Shown: one piece after another, positions 1 through 9,039 of the stretch
How the letters are laid out: each line of letters opens with the position of its first letter
How positions within the stretch are numbered: position 1 is the stretch's first letter
Assembly: GCA_037925075.1 (NCBI GenBank)
Contig: JAXSNR010000002.1
Span: 1 to 64,000 of the forward strand
DNA: 64,000 nucleotides
Reading direction: 5' to 3'
Source: Aquificaceae bacterium
GTDB lineage: Bacteria; Aquificota; Aquificia; Aquificales; Aquificaceae
Position numbers and translations under genes: made by a program
The notes under the pieces: model-generated
What the model was told of the DNA's origin: nothing
Database searches by the model: none
Seen by the model: only the letters and a program-made list of their open reading frames with translations

Positions 1-81
1 AAATCTCGGCATTACTTCGGCAAAAAGAAGAACTTCCTCAGGAAAACATTGAGAATTAAGGTTTCTGCACAATAGAAATCA

Positions 82-126
82 TGCATCGCAAGCAGGAGGT
101 CGGGGGTTCAACTCCCCTCGTCTCCA
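82..126 (+). pseudogene. 3' fragment of tRNA-Ala(CGC); probable att-site duplicate of an upstream integrative element
   Basis: TGC-ATCGCAA-GCAGG anticodon arm (CGC), T-arm GGGGG-TTCAACT-CCCC, ending TCGTCTCCA. The 5' acceptor strand and D-arm are absent upstream. Confidence 0.8.
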
Positions 127-130
127 TAAT

Positions 131-664
131 CTACAAAGCCACATAAAAATTTCCCTGTCGGGCGATCCTTCCCTGTATTTCAAAGTCTGAAAGCCTGAGC
201 ATAAGCTGGGAGGGTTCAAGGTTTGTAAGCAAAAGGAGCTCATCAAAGCTTTTGGGGGTGGAAAGGAGGTCAAGAAGTGGATCTTTTTGAGCATTTGCCT
301 CTGGAATGCTCTCAAAGAGGTCAAGGGGACTGTGTATGACCTTGGCTTTTCCACTGTTTATGAGGCTTACACAGCCAAGCCATCTTTCGCTTGCGGAGTT
401 TCCCACGTAAACCCAAAGGGGCTTTTTTTGCCTTATTGCGTACTCCGCGGTTATAAGCGCTCCGCTCTTCTGCCCAGCTTCTGCAATTACCACCGCCTTG
501 GATATGCCACTTATCAACCGGTTTCTTCTTGGAAAGCTAAATTCCTCTGGGCTTGCATCGGGCAAGAACTCCGACACAAAAACCATGCTTTCACTCCTTA
601 GCCTCTGAAGATATTGGGGCATCCTCAAAAGACCCATGCCAAGAAAGCAAACACTAAAACCACC
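131..664 (-). pseudogene. dprA: dprA (Smf) 3' fragment, interrupted by transposon
   Basis: Motifs SEF..., FPRRNRLISG, EAGQKSGALITA and a C-terminal wHTH. Joins the 12921-13405 fragment in frame (ELGG|FSVCFLGMG) after removing one CCACC. Confidence 0.93.
660..664. repeat. 5-bp target site duplication CCACC, first copy
   Basis: Identical CCACC at 12921-12925, flanking the TGT...ACA termini. Confidence 0.95.
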
Positions 665-820
665 TGTAATTTACACTATAAAATGCAAAAATCTATAAAT
701 ACAGCATTTCCTTAAGTCTTTGATATATAAGCAGTTTCTTAAAGTTAACCTTACATCTTTTAATGCAACTATTAACATGATTAAATGTTATAATACTGCA
801 TATAACACTATAAAATGCAA
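665..820 (+). repeat. tnsA-proximal transposon end with spaced TnsB-binding-like sites
   Basis: TTACACTATAAAATGCAA 671-688, TTACATCTTTTAATGCAA 751-768, degenerate TAACATGATTAAATGTTA 773-790, TAACACTATAAAATGCAA 803-820. Confidence 0.85.
713..725 (-). promoter_or_regulatory. IHF-consensus-like site between first and second TnsB sites
   Basis: Minus strand TATCAA-AGAC-TTA matches WATCAANNNNTTR. Confidence 0.45.
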
Positions 821-837
821 TTATAAGTAAAAAAATA

Positions 838-866
838 TTGACACTGCAGATATGTCTGGTTATAAT
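838..866 (+). promoter_or_regulatory. Consensus sigma70 promoter for the tnsABC-tniQ operon
   Basis: TTGACA (838-843), 17-bp spacer, TATAAT (861-866); ATG at 877. Confidence 0.85.
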
Positions 867-876
867 TATTCATAGG

Positions 877-1476
877 ATGATCAGGAAAATTGGGATAAAG
901 AGCAGGGGTATAAGAGCGAGGTTTTACAGTGCCAAAATGAAACGTATTGTGTGGTGTGAAAGCGAGCTTGAAATGAACTTCTGTCTAAGCCTTGAATTTG
1001 ATAGAGAAGTAGAAAGCTATAGAGAACAACCAGAAAGATTTGAACTAATAAATTATGTTCCAGACTTCCTCGTAGAATACAGAGGAGCTAAAAAAGTGTT
1101 TTATGAGGTGAAACCAAACAAGCTTCTATGCAATCCCCACATATTAAAAAGGCTTGAGGAAGCAGAAAAGATAATTACTTCAAAAGGTTATGAATTCAGA
1201 ATATGGACAGATAAAGCTTTAAGCGATACAAGACTTACAAATTACAAATTCCTATATCGTTTTCAAAAAAAACCTAATAGGTATAAAGATATTTCAGTCA
1301 AAGTTTTAAATCTAATACGAAATGACATAGATACCCTTAATGAAATAATCAAAGAGTTTCCTAAAGAAGAAGCACCGCATGTTATACCAGTAGTTTGGCA
1401 CATGGTATTTGCTGGTATGTTAATTGCCGATCTTGAAAAACCACTTACTAATGGTTCAAAGCTATGCTTAGGCTAA
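877..1476 (+). CDS. tnsA: TnsA endonuclease
   Basis: CESELE, YREQP, YVPDFLV and FYEVKP motifs. Start placed at ATG 877 because the ORF-track TTG 838 is the -35 box. Confidence 0.9.
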   Translation: MIRKIGIKSRGIRARFYSAKMKRIVWCESELEMNFCLSLEFDREVESYREQPERFELINYVPDFLVEYRGAKKVFYEVKPNKLLCNPHILKRLEEAEKIITSKGYEFRIWTDKALSDTRLTNYKFLYRFQKKPNRYKDISVKVLNLIRNDIDTLNEIIKEFPKEEAPHVIPVVWHMVFAGMLIADLEKPLTNGSKLCLG

Positions 1477-3311
1477 AACCAGATAACATAATAAAATATA
1501 ATGGCAAGCAGTGGATTATAGATGGTTACTCAGATGGTAAGATTATTGTAAGATCGGTTGATGATAGAAATAAAGTCCTACTTTTAAGTATAGAGGAAAT
1601 ATGGTCAAGTGATACGAAAGATAAAGAAATAGAAAATATAAATGATCCTTTAACATCAGAACAAAAAGACATCGCTATTAAGAGATATAAACTTATAGAA
1701 CAACTACTACACAAAGAGACAACAACCGAGGAAGTTAAACAGGTGGCTAAAAATGCAGGGGTTCACCCTGTGACTATATATAGATGGATAAAACGATACA
1801 ATACCTATGGTTTAGCGGGTCTTGCAGACTATTCAAACAAAAGAGGCAATAGAAAACTAAGGTTACTACCAGAACAAGAAGAAATCATTGAAAATATGAT
1901 AAGCCTTTATTATCTAACTCCACAAAAACTTTCTATAAAAGCGGTATATGAAAAAATAGTTCATGAATGTAAAAAGAAGCACATAGACATACCACATTAC
2001 AACACAATAAGGAATAGAATAAAATTTATGGATAAGAAGATTGTATCAAGGGATAGATATGGCAAAGAGATTACAGCAGTAAGAGGACAGTTTGAAGCTA
2101 AATATCCCCTTGAAATAGTGCAGATAGACCATACCAAGCTTGACATAATCGTTGTTGACCCTATATTCAGAAAACCTATAGGAAGACCGTACATAACCGT
2201 TGCTATTGATGTTTATAGTAGAATGATATACGGCATACACATATCTCTTGATGCACCATCTTATTTCAGTGTTTCAAGAGCAATCCTTATGGGCATAAGA
2301 CCCAAAACACAATACCTTGAAAGTCTCGGAATAGAAGGTGAATGGCCTGTTTTTGGATTATCTAAGCATATGGTTATACACACAGATAATGCAAAAGAAT
2401 TCACAAGTGACTCGCTCGAGTATGCCTTAATAAGTCTAAACATATCACAAGAATTTAGACCAAAGAAAAAACCGAATTACGGAGGCCATGTGGAAAGGTT
2501 CTTAAGAACTCTTAATGAAGAACTTCACAAACTCCCTGGCACCACTTTTTCAAAACCTGATGAGAGAAAGAACTATGATCCAGAAAAAGAAGCAGTTTTT
2601 ACTCTTGAAGAGTTAGAAAAGTATATAGTTGAATGGATAGTTAATGTTTATCACAAAAAACATCACAAGGGTATAAACATGTCACCTGAAGAAAAATGGA
2701 TAGAAGGTATATATGGAAACAATAAAAAACCAGGGGTAGGCTATCCAGACTTACCAGAAAGAGAAGAACTTGCAAAACTTGAAATAGAACTCATGTATAC
2801 AGAAAAGAGAGCAATAACAAGAGAAGGTATAAAAATAGATTATATAACTTACTGGCATGAAATACTAATACCCTATATAAACTCTGCAAAGAATAAAAAA
2901 TACACAATCAAAGTAAATCCCCTTGATATAAGCCAAGTATACTTCTACGATGAAAAAACAAAGCAATATTACAAAATCCCTGCAAAGAACTTTGCTTTCC
3001 CCAAAATGAGTAGATGGGAACTTAAAGAAGTCATAAAATATCTTAGAGAAAATAACGAGAAGAAAATAGATGAATTCAGTATAGCAACCGCATACGAAAA
3101 ACTCATGTCTATTAAAAGCGAAGCAGTTCTTAAATCCAAAAAGGCAAGAAGAGATCTAACAAGAATATATGAACGAACAAGGAAAGAAGGTTATCTAAAA
3201 ACTATTCATAAAGCCTTAAAATCTGATGTAAACAGAGAAAACGAAAAATATGAAAAGAATAGTAACGATGTTAAAATTGACATAAAAAAGATGCCAATGG
3301 AATATATGTAA
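1464..3311 (+). CDS. tnsB: TnsB/TniA-like DDE transposase
   Basis: HTH (VHPVTIYRWIKRY), DDE motifs QIDHT, HTDNAKEF and GHVERF, Mu-type C-terminal region. Confidence 0.93.
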   Translation: MLRLKPDNIIKYNGKQWIIDGYSDGKIIVRSVDDRNKVLLLSIEEIWSSDTKDKEIENINDPLTSEQKDIAIKRYKLIEQLLHKETTTEEVKQVAKNAGVHPVTIYRWIKRYNTYGLAGLADYSNKRGNRKLRLLPEQEEIIENMISLYYLTPQKLSIKAVYEKIVHECKKKHIDIPHYNTIRNRIKFMDKKIVSRDRYGKEITAVRGQFEAKYPLEIVQIDHTKLDIIVVDPIFRKPIGRPYITVAIDVYSRMIYGIHISLDAPSYFSVSRAILMGIRPKTQYLESLGIEGEWPVFGLSKHMVIHTDNAKEFTSDSLEYALISLNISQEFRPKKKPNYGGHVERFLRTLNEELHKLPGTTFSKPDERKNYDPEKEAVFTLEELEKYIVEWIVNVYHKKHHKGINMSPEEKWIEGIYGNNKKPGVGYPDLPEREELAKLEIELMYTEKRAITREGIKIDYITYWHEILIPYINSAKNKKYTIKVNPLDISQVYFYDEKTKQYYKIPAKNFAFPKMSRWELKEVIKYLRENNEKKIDEFSIATAYEKLMSIKSEAVLKSKKARRDLTRIYERTRKEGYLKTIHKALKSDVNRENEKYEKNSNDVKIDIKKMPMEYM

Positions 3312-3323
3312 AGGAGATTTGCC

Positions 3324-4184
3324 ATGGATAGAGATGTGCTTTGTGAAATGCCAATAGAGGATAGAATTAGACATATTCAAAGAGACTGGTTTGTTTTATA
3401 CCCAAGAGCAAAAATTATTCTGGACAAACTATCTGTCTTACTTGAATACCCTGATAATGTAAGACCGCCATCCTTTATGATAATAGGAGACCCGAATAAC
3501 GGCAAGACCTCTATAGCTAATTACTTCCTTAAGAAGCATACACCATACGAAGAACCAGATGGAATAAAAATACCTGTTATTATGGTGGAAGCACCAGCGA
3601 AACCGAGGTTTGAATTACTTCTTGGTGACCTGCTTCTCAAAATGGGTGTCCCTTTTAGACATTCGGAGTCTGAGGGTGCTAAACTGGAAAAACTCTTCTA
3701 TTATATGAAGGAGCTTGAAGTAAAACTTATTATCGTGGATGAAATACATAACGTACTTTCTGGAACTGTCCTTAAGCAGAGAGAGTTCATGAACAGTTTA
3801 AAAAGAGTCGTCAACGAAAGCAAGAGACCGTTAGTTCTTATAGGGACTAAAGATGCACTCCATGCTGCAAGCACGGATTATCAAATACAATCAAGGTTTA
3901 GGCCTGAATTTTTACCTCTTTGGAAGTTTGATAGTGAGTTTCTTTCTCTACTCTATACTATTCAGGAAAGTCTTCCACTCAAAAATAAAAGTAATCTCTT
4001 AGAAGAAAAACTTGCAAGAACTTTATATGATTATTCGGAAGGTATTCTTGGAGAGCTTGTAAGCCTTATCAAAGATCTTGCCATATCTGCTATTCAAAGC
4101 GGAAAAGAAAAAATAGATTTACGACTTATCAAGGAAATAAACTGGGTTCCGCCTTCTAAAAGAAGAGAAATACCTATTTTATAA
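3324..4184 (+). CDS. tnsC: TnsC/TniB AAA+ ATPase
   Basis: Walker A GDPNNGKT, Walker B LIIVDEIHN, QIQSRF; SD AAGGAG upstream. Confidence 0.92.
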   Translation: MDRDVLCEMPIEDRIRHIQRDWFVLYPRAKIILDKLSVLLEYPDNVRPPSFMIIGDPNNGKTSIANYFLKKHTPYEEPDGIKIPVIMVEAPAKPRFELLLGDLLLKMGVPFRHSESEGAKLEKLFYYMKELEVKLIIVDEIHNVLSGTVLKQREFMNSLKRVVNESKRPLVLIGTKDALHAASTDYQIQSRFRPEFLPLWKFDSEFLSLLYTIQESLPLKNKSNLLEEKLARTLYDYSEGILGELVSLIKDLAISAIQSGKEKIDLRLIKEINWVPPSKRREIPIL

Positions 4185-4195
4185 GAGTTTTTAAG

Positions 4196-5671
4196 ATGGA
4201 GAGAACAGTAAGATACGCAAAAGGACCAGCACGCTATGTAAGTGGATATATTGGAGAACTATACAGATCTCCAAACTACAGGCTTCCTGTTAAGTATGAA
4301 CCTTTTGAAGGTGAACTATTTTCCTCATTTATATCAAGGGTAGCATTAAAGTATGACATATCCGCAAGACACTTTATTAGTCTGATTCTAGGTGATAGAA
4401 AGTTTCTGCAGATTGGGTATAGAGATCCAGACCTTTATATTAAGGACGAGCTACTTAAAATTATTGCATTCAAAACAAGGAATGAGCTTGAACAACTATA
4501 CGATACAACACTCAAAAGCTATCAAGGTATACTTTTTGAAAGCGTTGAGGAAAGTGGGAGAACAATAAATACAATTCCATACATAGACAGATTCAAAAAC
4601 GAAGGGGGAGTTCCTCAAAAGTATGGAGTAAAAATATGCCCCTTATGTCTTAAGGAAGAAAAAGAACCATACTTTAAAAAGTTATGGAGGATTTCTTTTT
4701 ACAATGCCTGCCATATACATGGAATAGTTTTGCTTGATAAATGTCCTAAATGTGGAGCTCCAATAAGAATAATACCCACATTCAGTCAAGAATTTGCTTC
4801 GTGTTTTAAATGTGGGTTTAGCTTCAAAAATGTTTCTGAATATACAAGAGCAAGCAATGAACATACTAACGCTATAAGAGGCCTCTTAAAAGTCATTGAG
4901 GACGGTTACTTCCAAACTGCAGATGGAGATAAGGTAAATTCTTTAGCCTTTTTCATAGCTTTCAGGTTCATGGCAAGATGGGTTGCGAAGGTAATGAGAA
5001 CAAAAGATAGAAAATGCTCAGAAATAAATTTAGCAGTAGAATATCTATCACTTGAGGATAAGTTAACTATATACACGACTGCTTGGGAAGCATTTAAGGA
5101 ATTTCCTTATAGCTTTAGAAGGTTTATATTAGAAAGTGGTCTAACAATAAGAAAGATGGCAAGCATTTACTACAAGAATATAAAAGTAGACAGAAAAGGT
5201 GAAAGGTTTTTCAAACATCTTCCTTATTTTCTAGCTAAGGAGCTTGAGCGTATGGTTCCACCTTATGATGCACAGGTATATACAAAGGAAGGGCTTAAAA
5301 GCATGGTCTTTTGCCTCTTAGATAAAGGATACCCACCATCCACTGGCTTTCTCACGAAGTTCAATCAGACTATATTTGACAAAGGTAAAGAACTATTGGA
5401 AATATTTATTGAATACTATACGCCCGAACTTCCCAAGGATATGGAGGAATTCTTTAGGGAGAAGGAAACCGCAAGTGCAGATGAGGTTCTCAGATACTTT
5501 AAACATATAAAACCTGTTGATGTTATTAGGGTAATGAATTATATGCTAAAGATTGGTAAGCTAAAAATACTCCAAGGGTCAGAATATATTGCAAAGGACA
5601 GACTATCAATAAAAAGACTAAGTGGACCAGTTACACGTCAAAATATGGCAAAGATAGTATTAGGGATCTAA
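4196..5671 (+). CDS. tniQ: TniQ/TnsD-like target selector with long C-terminal extension
   Basis: PFEGELFSSFISRVA TniQ N-terminus; Zn motifs CPLC, CHIH, CPKC and CFKC; 491 aa, i.e. TnsD-sized. Confidence 0.88.
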   Translation: MERTVRYAKGPARYVSGYIGELYRSPNYRLPVKYEPFEGELFSSFISRVALKYDISARHFISLILGDRKFLQIGYRDPDLYIKDELLKIIAFKTRNELEQLYDTTLKSYQGILFESVEESGRTINTIPYIDRFKNEGGVPQKYGVKICPLCLKEEKEPYFKKLWRISFYNACHIHGIVLLDKCPKCGAPIRIIPTFSQEFASCFKCGFSFKNVSEYTRASNEHTNAIRGLLKVIEDGYFQTADGDKVNSLAFFIAFRFMARWVAKVMRTKDRKCSEINLAVEYLSLEDKLTIYTTAWEAFKEFPYSFRRFILESGLTIRKMASIYYKNIKVDRKGERFFKHLPYFLAKELERMVPPYDAQVYTKEGLKSMVFCLLDKGYPPSTGFLTKFNQTIFDKGKELLEIFIEYYTPELPKDMEEFFREKETASADEVLRYFKHIKPVDVIRVMNYMLKIGKLKILQGSEYIAKDRLSIKRLSGPVTRQNMAKIVLGI

Positions 5672-5746
5672 ACTTGCCACGTAGGTTCATAAGTTGCAAG
5701 CCTGCAGTTTTTTACAAAAGATACAGAAAGATTTATCTGAACTTAC

Positions 5747-8701
5747 TCACTGTCTTTCTCTCAACAACTTAATAGTATTTTCCAACCTACTCTTATCAAT
5801 GTGTCTATCTATTAAGTTTAAAAGTTCTTTCCAATCTTCTATTTTAGAAAGCTCCTTTAAGGCAGCATTGTTATCTTTGATGGGTAAAGATTTCATAATA
5901 TTGTGCAAATTTTCTGAAAGAGTAGCTACTTCTATATTCCAATAGTATCCAGCATAATGTAAATTCAACATATCTATAACTCTTAAAACTCTGGAATGTA
6001 TATTCCTCGCAAAATGGGTGCCTACTTTGTGTATGAGGTAATTTATAATTCCTGAATAATAGTAAGCAGTTTCTTTATTTGAAAATTCCATCCAACATAA
6101 AGTGCTATCAGCAAGATAAAGATTATCCTCAGGACATTCGAAAACTGCAGAAGAAAAAATCCTTACTACCCTATGTATAACATAAAACTTACCCTTTTTC
6201 ATAAACTCTGGTTCTGATTGTTGAACTTCCTTTCTTAACTCATTAATTTTTGCCAATTCATCTCCTGATAAATTAGCCTTATTACGCATAATAATAAGGT
6301 ATAAAAATTCTATTAGGTCCTTCTTATCCTTAGGTGAAATAATAGCAGGATATGCCTCCAGCAGTTTAAAGGGTAAAACTCTATCTGCATAAAACACTCT
6401 TTTAATGTAATTATTGAAAGATACACCCTTGCGATCGGGTATTAGCACGTTAAGATTTATATCTTGGTTCATACCTTCAAGCCTGCCAATGCCTGTATTG
6501 GGGTTATACCTAGTCAAAATCAAGCCTGCATATTTAATAGCACCTCGCTTCTTAATCCCCCCTTTGAGACCTCTAATATAAACTCCATTAACCTTGACTC
6601 TCTCTGCAAAAGCAGGCTTCTCATATCCTTCGCTCTTGGCTATTTGTCCAAGGGTTTCAACACTTTTTTCAACCTGATCTTTGCTTACCTGATTCAGTCT
6701 TATATCTTTAGATGTATAGTCCTCAGAGGTCTTATAATAACTTCCTTCAAGACTTACTTGATAAACTTCTTTACTTCCTTCACCTACTACTATGACGCCC
6801 GGTGGTATACCATGTTTAAAAACATCGTTGCTAAAAACATAAACACTAAAAGGCTTTTTCTCTAAGCACTTCCAAACCATCAAAGAACCTACTCCGTAAG
6901 TGCCAGAATAAGCAATACTTGATGGAACAATAAAAATACCTTTCACATTTGTTCCGGTTCCATACTTGCAGACAAAATATCCAGATAAGTCACCGCCTGT
7001 TAAAATACGCCCACTCAGATTGTTTCCACGAAGGAAATTCTTTATGATTATTCCATTTATACCCTTTAACCTGCTTAGATTTATCCAAGGTGGATTTGTA
7101 GCTATTGCATAATCTTGTAATCTTCCTATCATGTGCTTAGCTATACTTGATACAACAAGCAAAGCCCATATTCCATCTCCATGCCGAGCTATATCTTTCG
7201 CAATCTGTCTCTTGTTTATCATAACAGACAACTTATCAAAACCTATTTGTTCTTGAACTTCTGATAGTTTTTTAATAAGCAAATTAAGTATTTCATTTTC
7301 CCTCTCAGTAATATCTTTTATATTTAGAGTTTTCTCATCCACCATATCAAAAATCTCCTCTAAGGTGCTTTCCAATAAAGGAAGCATAGAAAACCTATTC
7401 AGATTGGATGCTAACGCCTGCACGCTATCTACATAATCTTCTTCAATACCAATTTTCTTAAGTTTTTTTATAATATCATAACTATAGAAGCTACTATCCG
7501 CATAAAAAACATAAGGAACAACATTGTTATCATAACCTCCAGCCATTCTATAGGCTATAAAGAGTCCTGCTCTTGCCAATACCACTGCAAGTGGGTTAAT
7601 GTCAAAGCCTACAACTTCCTGTATAGCATTATCTGGATCTTTCCCCGCCTTTACTTTTCTATAGAAAGCCTCTATTAAAAAAGTCCCAGTTCCACAGCAT
7701 GGGTCTATAACAAGCTTTTCTATCCAAAGAGATTGCTCAAGCCTATCCATACACCATTTAGCAAACCATGTGGGTGTATAGTATTCTCCCAACGCTCGTC
7801 TATCTTCTTCGCTTATAAGCTCTTCATACAGAAGCCTAAAAAGGTCTTTTATCCGTTCATTCTTGTAGTTAAACCTTGATACCCTACTCTCTATAGCGTT
7901 ATAAAAATCATCCAAAATCTCTATTTCCTCCCTTGTCAAAAAACCTTTCCTCTCAAGAATAATGTGCCAATTAAGAAAAGGAAGCGAATACCCTTTCTTA
8001 ATACGTTTTTGTTTTATCTCTATTTCCTCTTCTATATATTGCTCTCCTATGACGCTTAGAGCGGTTGCATTTAAAACTGTATGAAGTATATAAAGCTCCT
8101 CCGCCTTTTCTTCTCTCAACTTAGGATAAATCTTATCCAGCTCTTTTCTATATGATTTGTAAATCTCTCTTATATTTTCCTTGTGTTTCCTAAAAATTTC
8201 AAGTAGTTTATCGTAGAATAATGTCTTAACCTCTCTTAGCAAGCCAGTGAAAATTTCAAGGTTAAGATCTAACTTTTCTTCTGCTATCCTTTTTGCATAA
8301 ACTATAAAATCACTCCAATTAATATTTATCCATTGCCCATTAGAATATAATTCAAAAACAAGCTCGTCAGGACTTCTACTGAAATATCCTTCTCTGTTTT
8401 TTGCATCTTTATGATAGCAAAGTATTGCATATTTAACTTCAATTGCAAGCTTACTTTTAATATGCTCAATATAGTCCTCAAGCTGCCTTCTGCCATTCTG
8501 AGCATCTTGTCTAATTGGTTCTATTTCAACTATGAAGGAAAAATCTCTGCTGGAAATGTCAAGTCTCTTACCACCTATGGCATATTCAGTTGTGAAAGTG
8601 ATTGGAGAAACCTCTGTCCTTAGTATCTCTAACAAGTAAGCCTTTATAACATCATGTAATTGTCCCATCCGATAGATTATTATATCAGAGGGTGATGGCA
8701 T
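5747..8701 (-). CDS. Fused restriction endonuclease / N6-adenine DNA methyltransferase (Type IIG-like)
   Basis: N-terminal PD-(D/E)xK-like RLDI...IVEIE, LGEYYTP, motif I IDPCCGTGTFL, GFDINP, motif IV NPPW, long C-terminal putative TRD. Confidence 0.8.
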   Translation of the reverse strand: MPSPSDIIIYRMGQLHDVIKAYLLEILRTEVSPITFTTEYAIGGKRLDISSRDFSFIVEIEPIRQDAQNGRRQLEDYIEHIKSKLAIEVKYAILCYHKDAKNREGYFSRSPDELVFELYSNGQWININWSDFIVYAKRIAEEKLDLNLEIFTGLLREVKTLFYDKLLEIFRKHKENIREIYKSYRKELDKIYPKLREEKAEELYILHTVLNATALSVIGEQYIEEEIEIKQKRIKKGYSLPFLNWHIILERKGFLTREEIEILDDFYNAIESRVSRFNYKNERIKDLFRLLYEELISEEDRRALGEYYTPTWFAKWCMDRLEQSLWIEKLVIDPCCGTGTFLIEAFYRKVKAGKDPDNAIQEVVGFDINPLAVVLARAGLFIAYRMAGGYDNNVVPYVFYADSSFYSYDIIKKLKKIGIEEDYVDSVQALASNLNRFSMLPLLESTLEEIFDMVDEKTLNIKDITERENEILNLLIKKLSEVQEQIGFDKLSVMINKRQIAKDIARHGDGIWALLVVSSIAKHMIGRLQDYAIATNPPWINLSRLKGINGIIIKNFLRGNNLSGRILTGGDLSGYFVCKYGTGTNVKGIFIVPSSIAYSGTYGVGSLMVWKCLEKKPFSVYVFSNDVFKHGIPPGVIVVGEGSKEVYQVSLEGSYYKTSEDYTSKDIRLNQVSKDQVEKSVETLGQIAKSEGYEKPAFAERVKVNGVYIRGLKGGIKKRGAIKYAGLILTRYNPNTGIGRLEGMNQDINLNVLIPDRKGVSFNNYIKRVFYADRVLPFKLLEAYPAIISPKDKKDLIEFLYLIIMRNKANLSGDELAKINELRKEVQQSEPEFMKKGKFYVIHRVVRIFSSAVFECPEDNLYLADSTLCWMEFSNKETAYYYSGIINYLIHKVGTHFARNIHSRVLRVIDMLNLHYAGYYWNIEVATLSENLHNIMKSLPIKDNNAALKELSKIEDWKELLNLIDRHIDKSRLENTIKLLRERQ

Positions 8702-8990
8702 TTAGGAGAAATAAACTGGCGTGAAAGAGGAAATATGGGAACTGTTTCAAAATTTGTGTAAATTCTGCCATACTTCATAACATACCCACAAAAAGAATTA
8801 TTAACTGGGACTATATCCTCCTGCCATTCAACTCCTAACACCTTATAATGGCTTGAGGCATAAGGTCTTTGAGTAGCTCACTGAACTCCTTGCGGTATTG
8901 TTCTACTTTCTCCTTGCTTGGCTGTTTTATGTTAACACCTCCTTACTTTATTTTTACACAATGGATGAAACAGTCCCTAGTCCCCTCTTT

Positions 8991-9017
8991 GGTATAATAC
9001 CCATATGGGATAATACC
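8991..9017. promoter_or_regulatory. Imperfect palindrome overlapping a -10 box in the divergent RM / DUF5131 gap
   Basis: GGTATAATACCCAT-ATGGGATAATACC dyad containing TATAAT at 8993-8998. Confidence 0.5.
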
Positions 9018-9039
9018 ACATGCAGGAAAGGAGTTTAGC

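Noticed and set aside
82..126. tmRNA 3' end or an intact tRNA acting as the Tn7 att site
   Set aside because: It has an Ala(CGC) anticodon arm and lacks a 5' half. It is over 500 bp from the insertion, too far for TnsD/TnsC-type spacing.
131..637. Independently expressed C-terminal DprA restoring function
   Set aside because: ATG 637 is an internal Met. The only SD-like sequence (AGGTGG at the junction) is about 22 nt away, and the Rossmann domain is cut in the middle.
838..876. N-terminal extension of TnsA from TTG 838
   Set aside because: That TTG is the start of the TTGACA -35 box; ATG 877 lies downstream of the -10.
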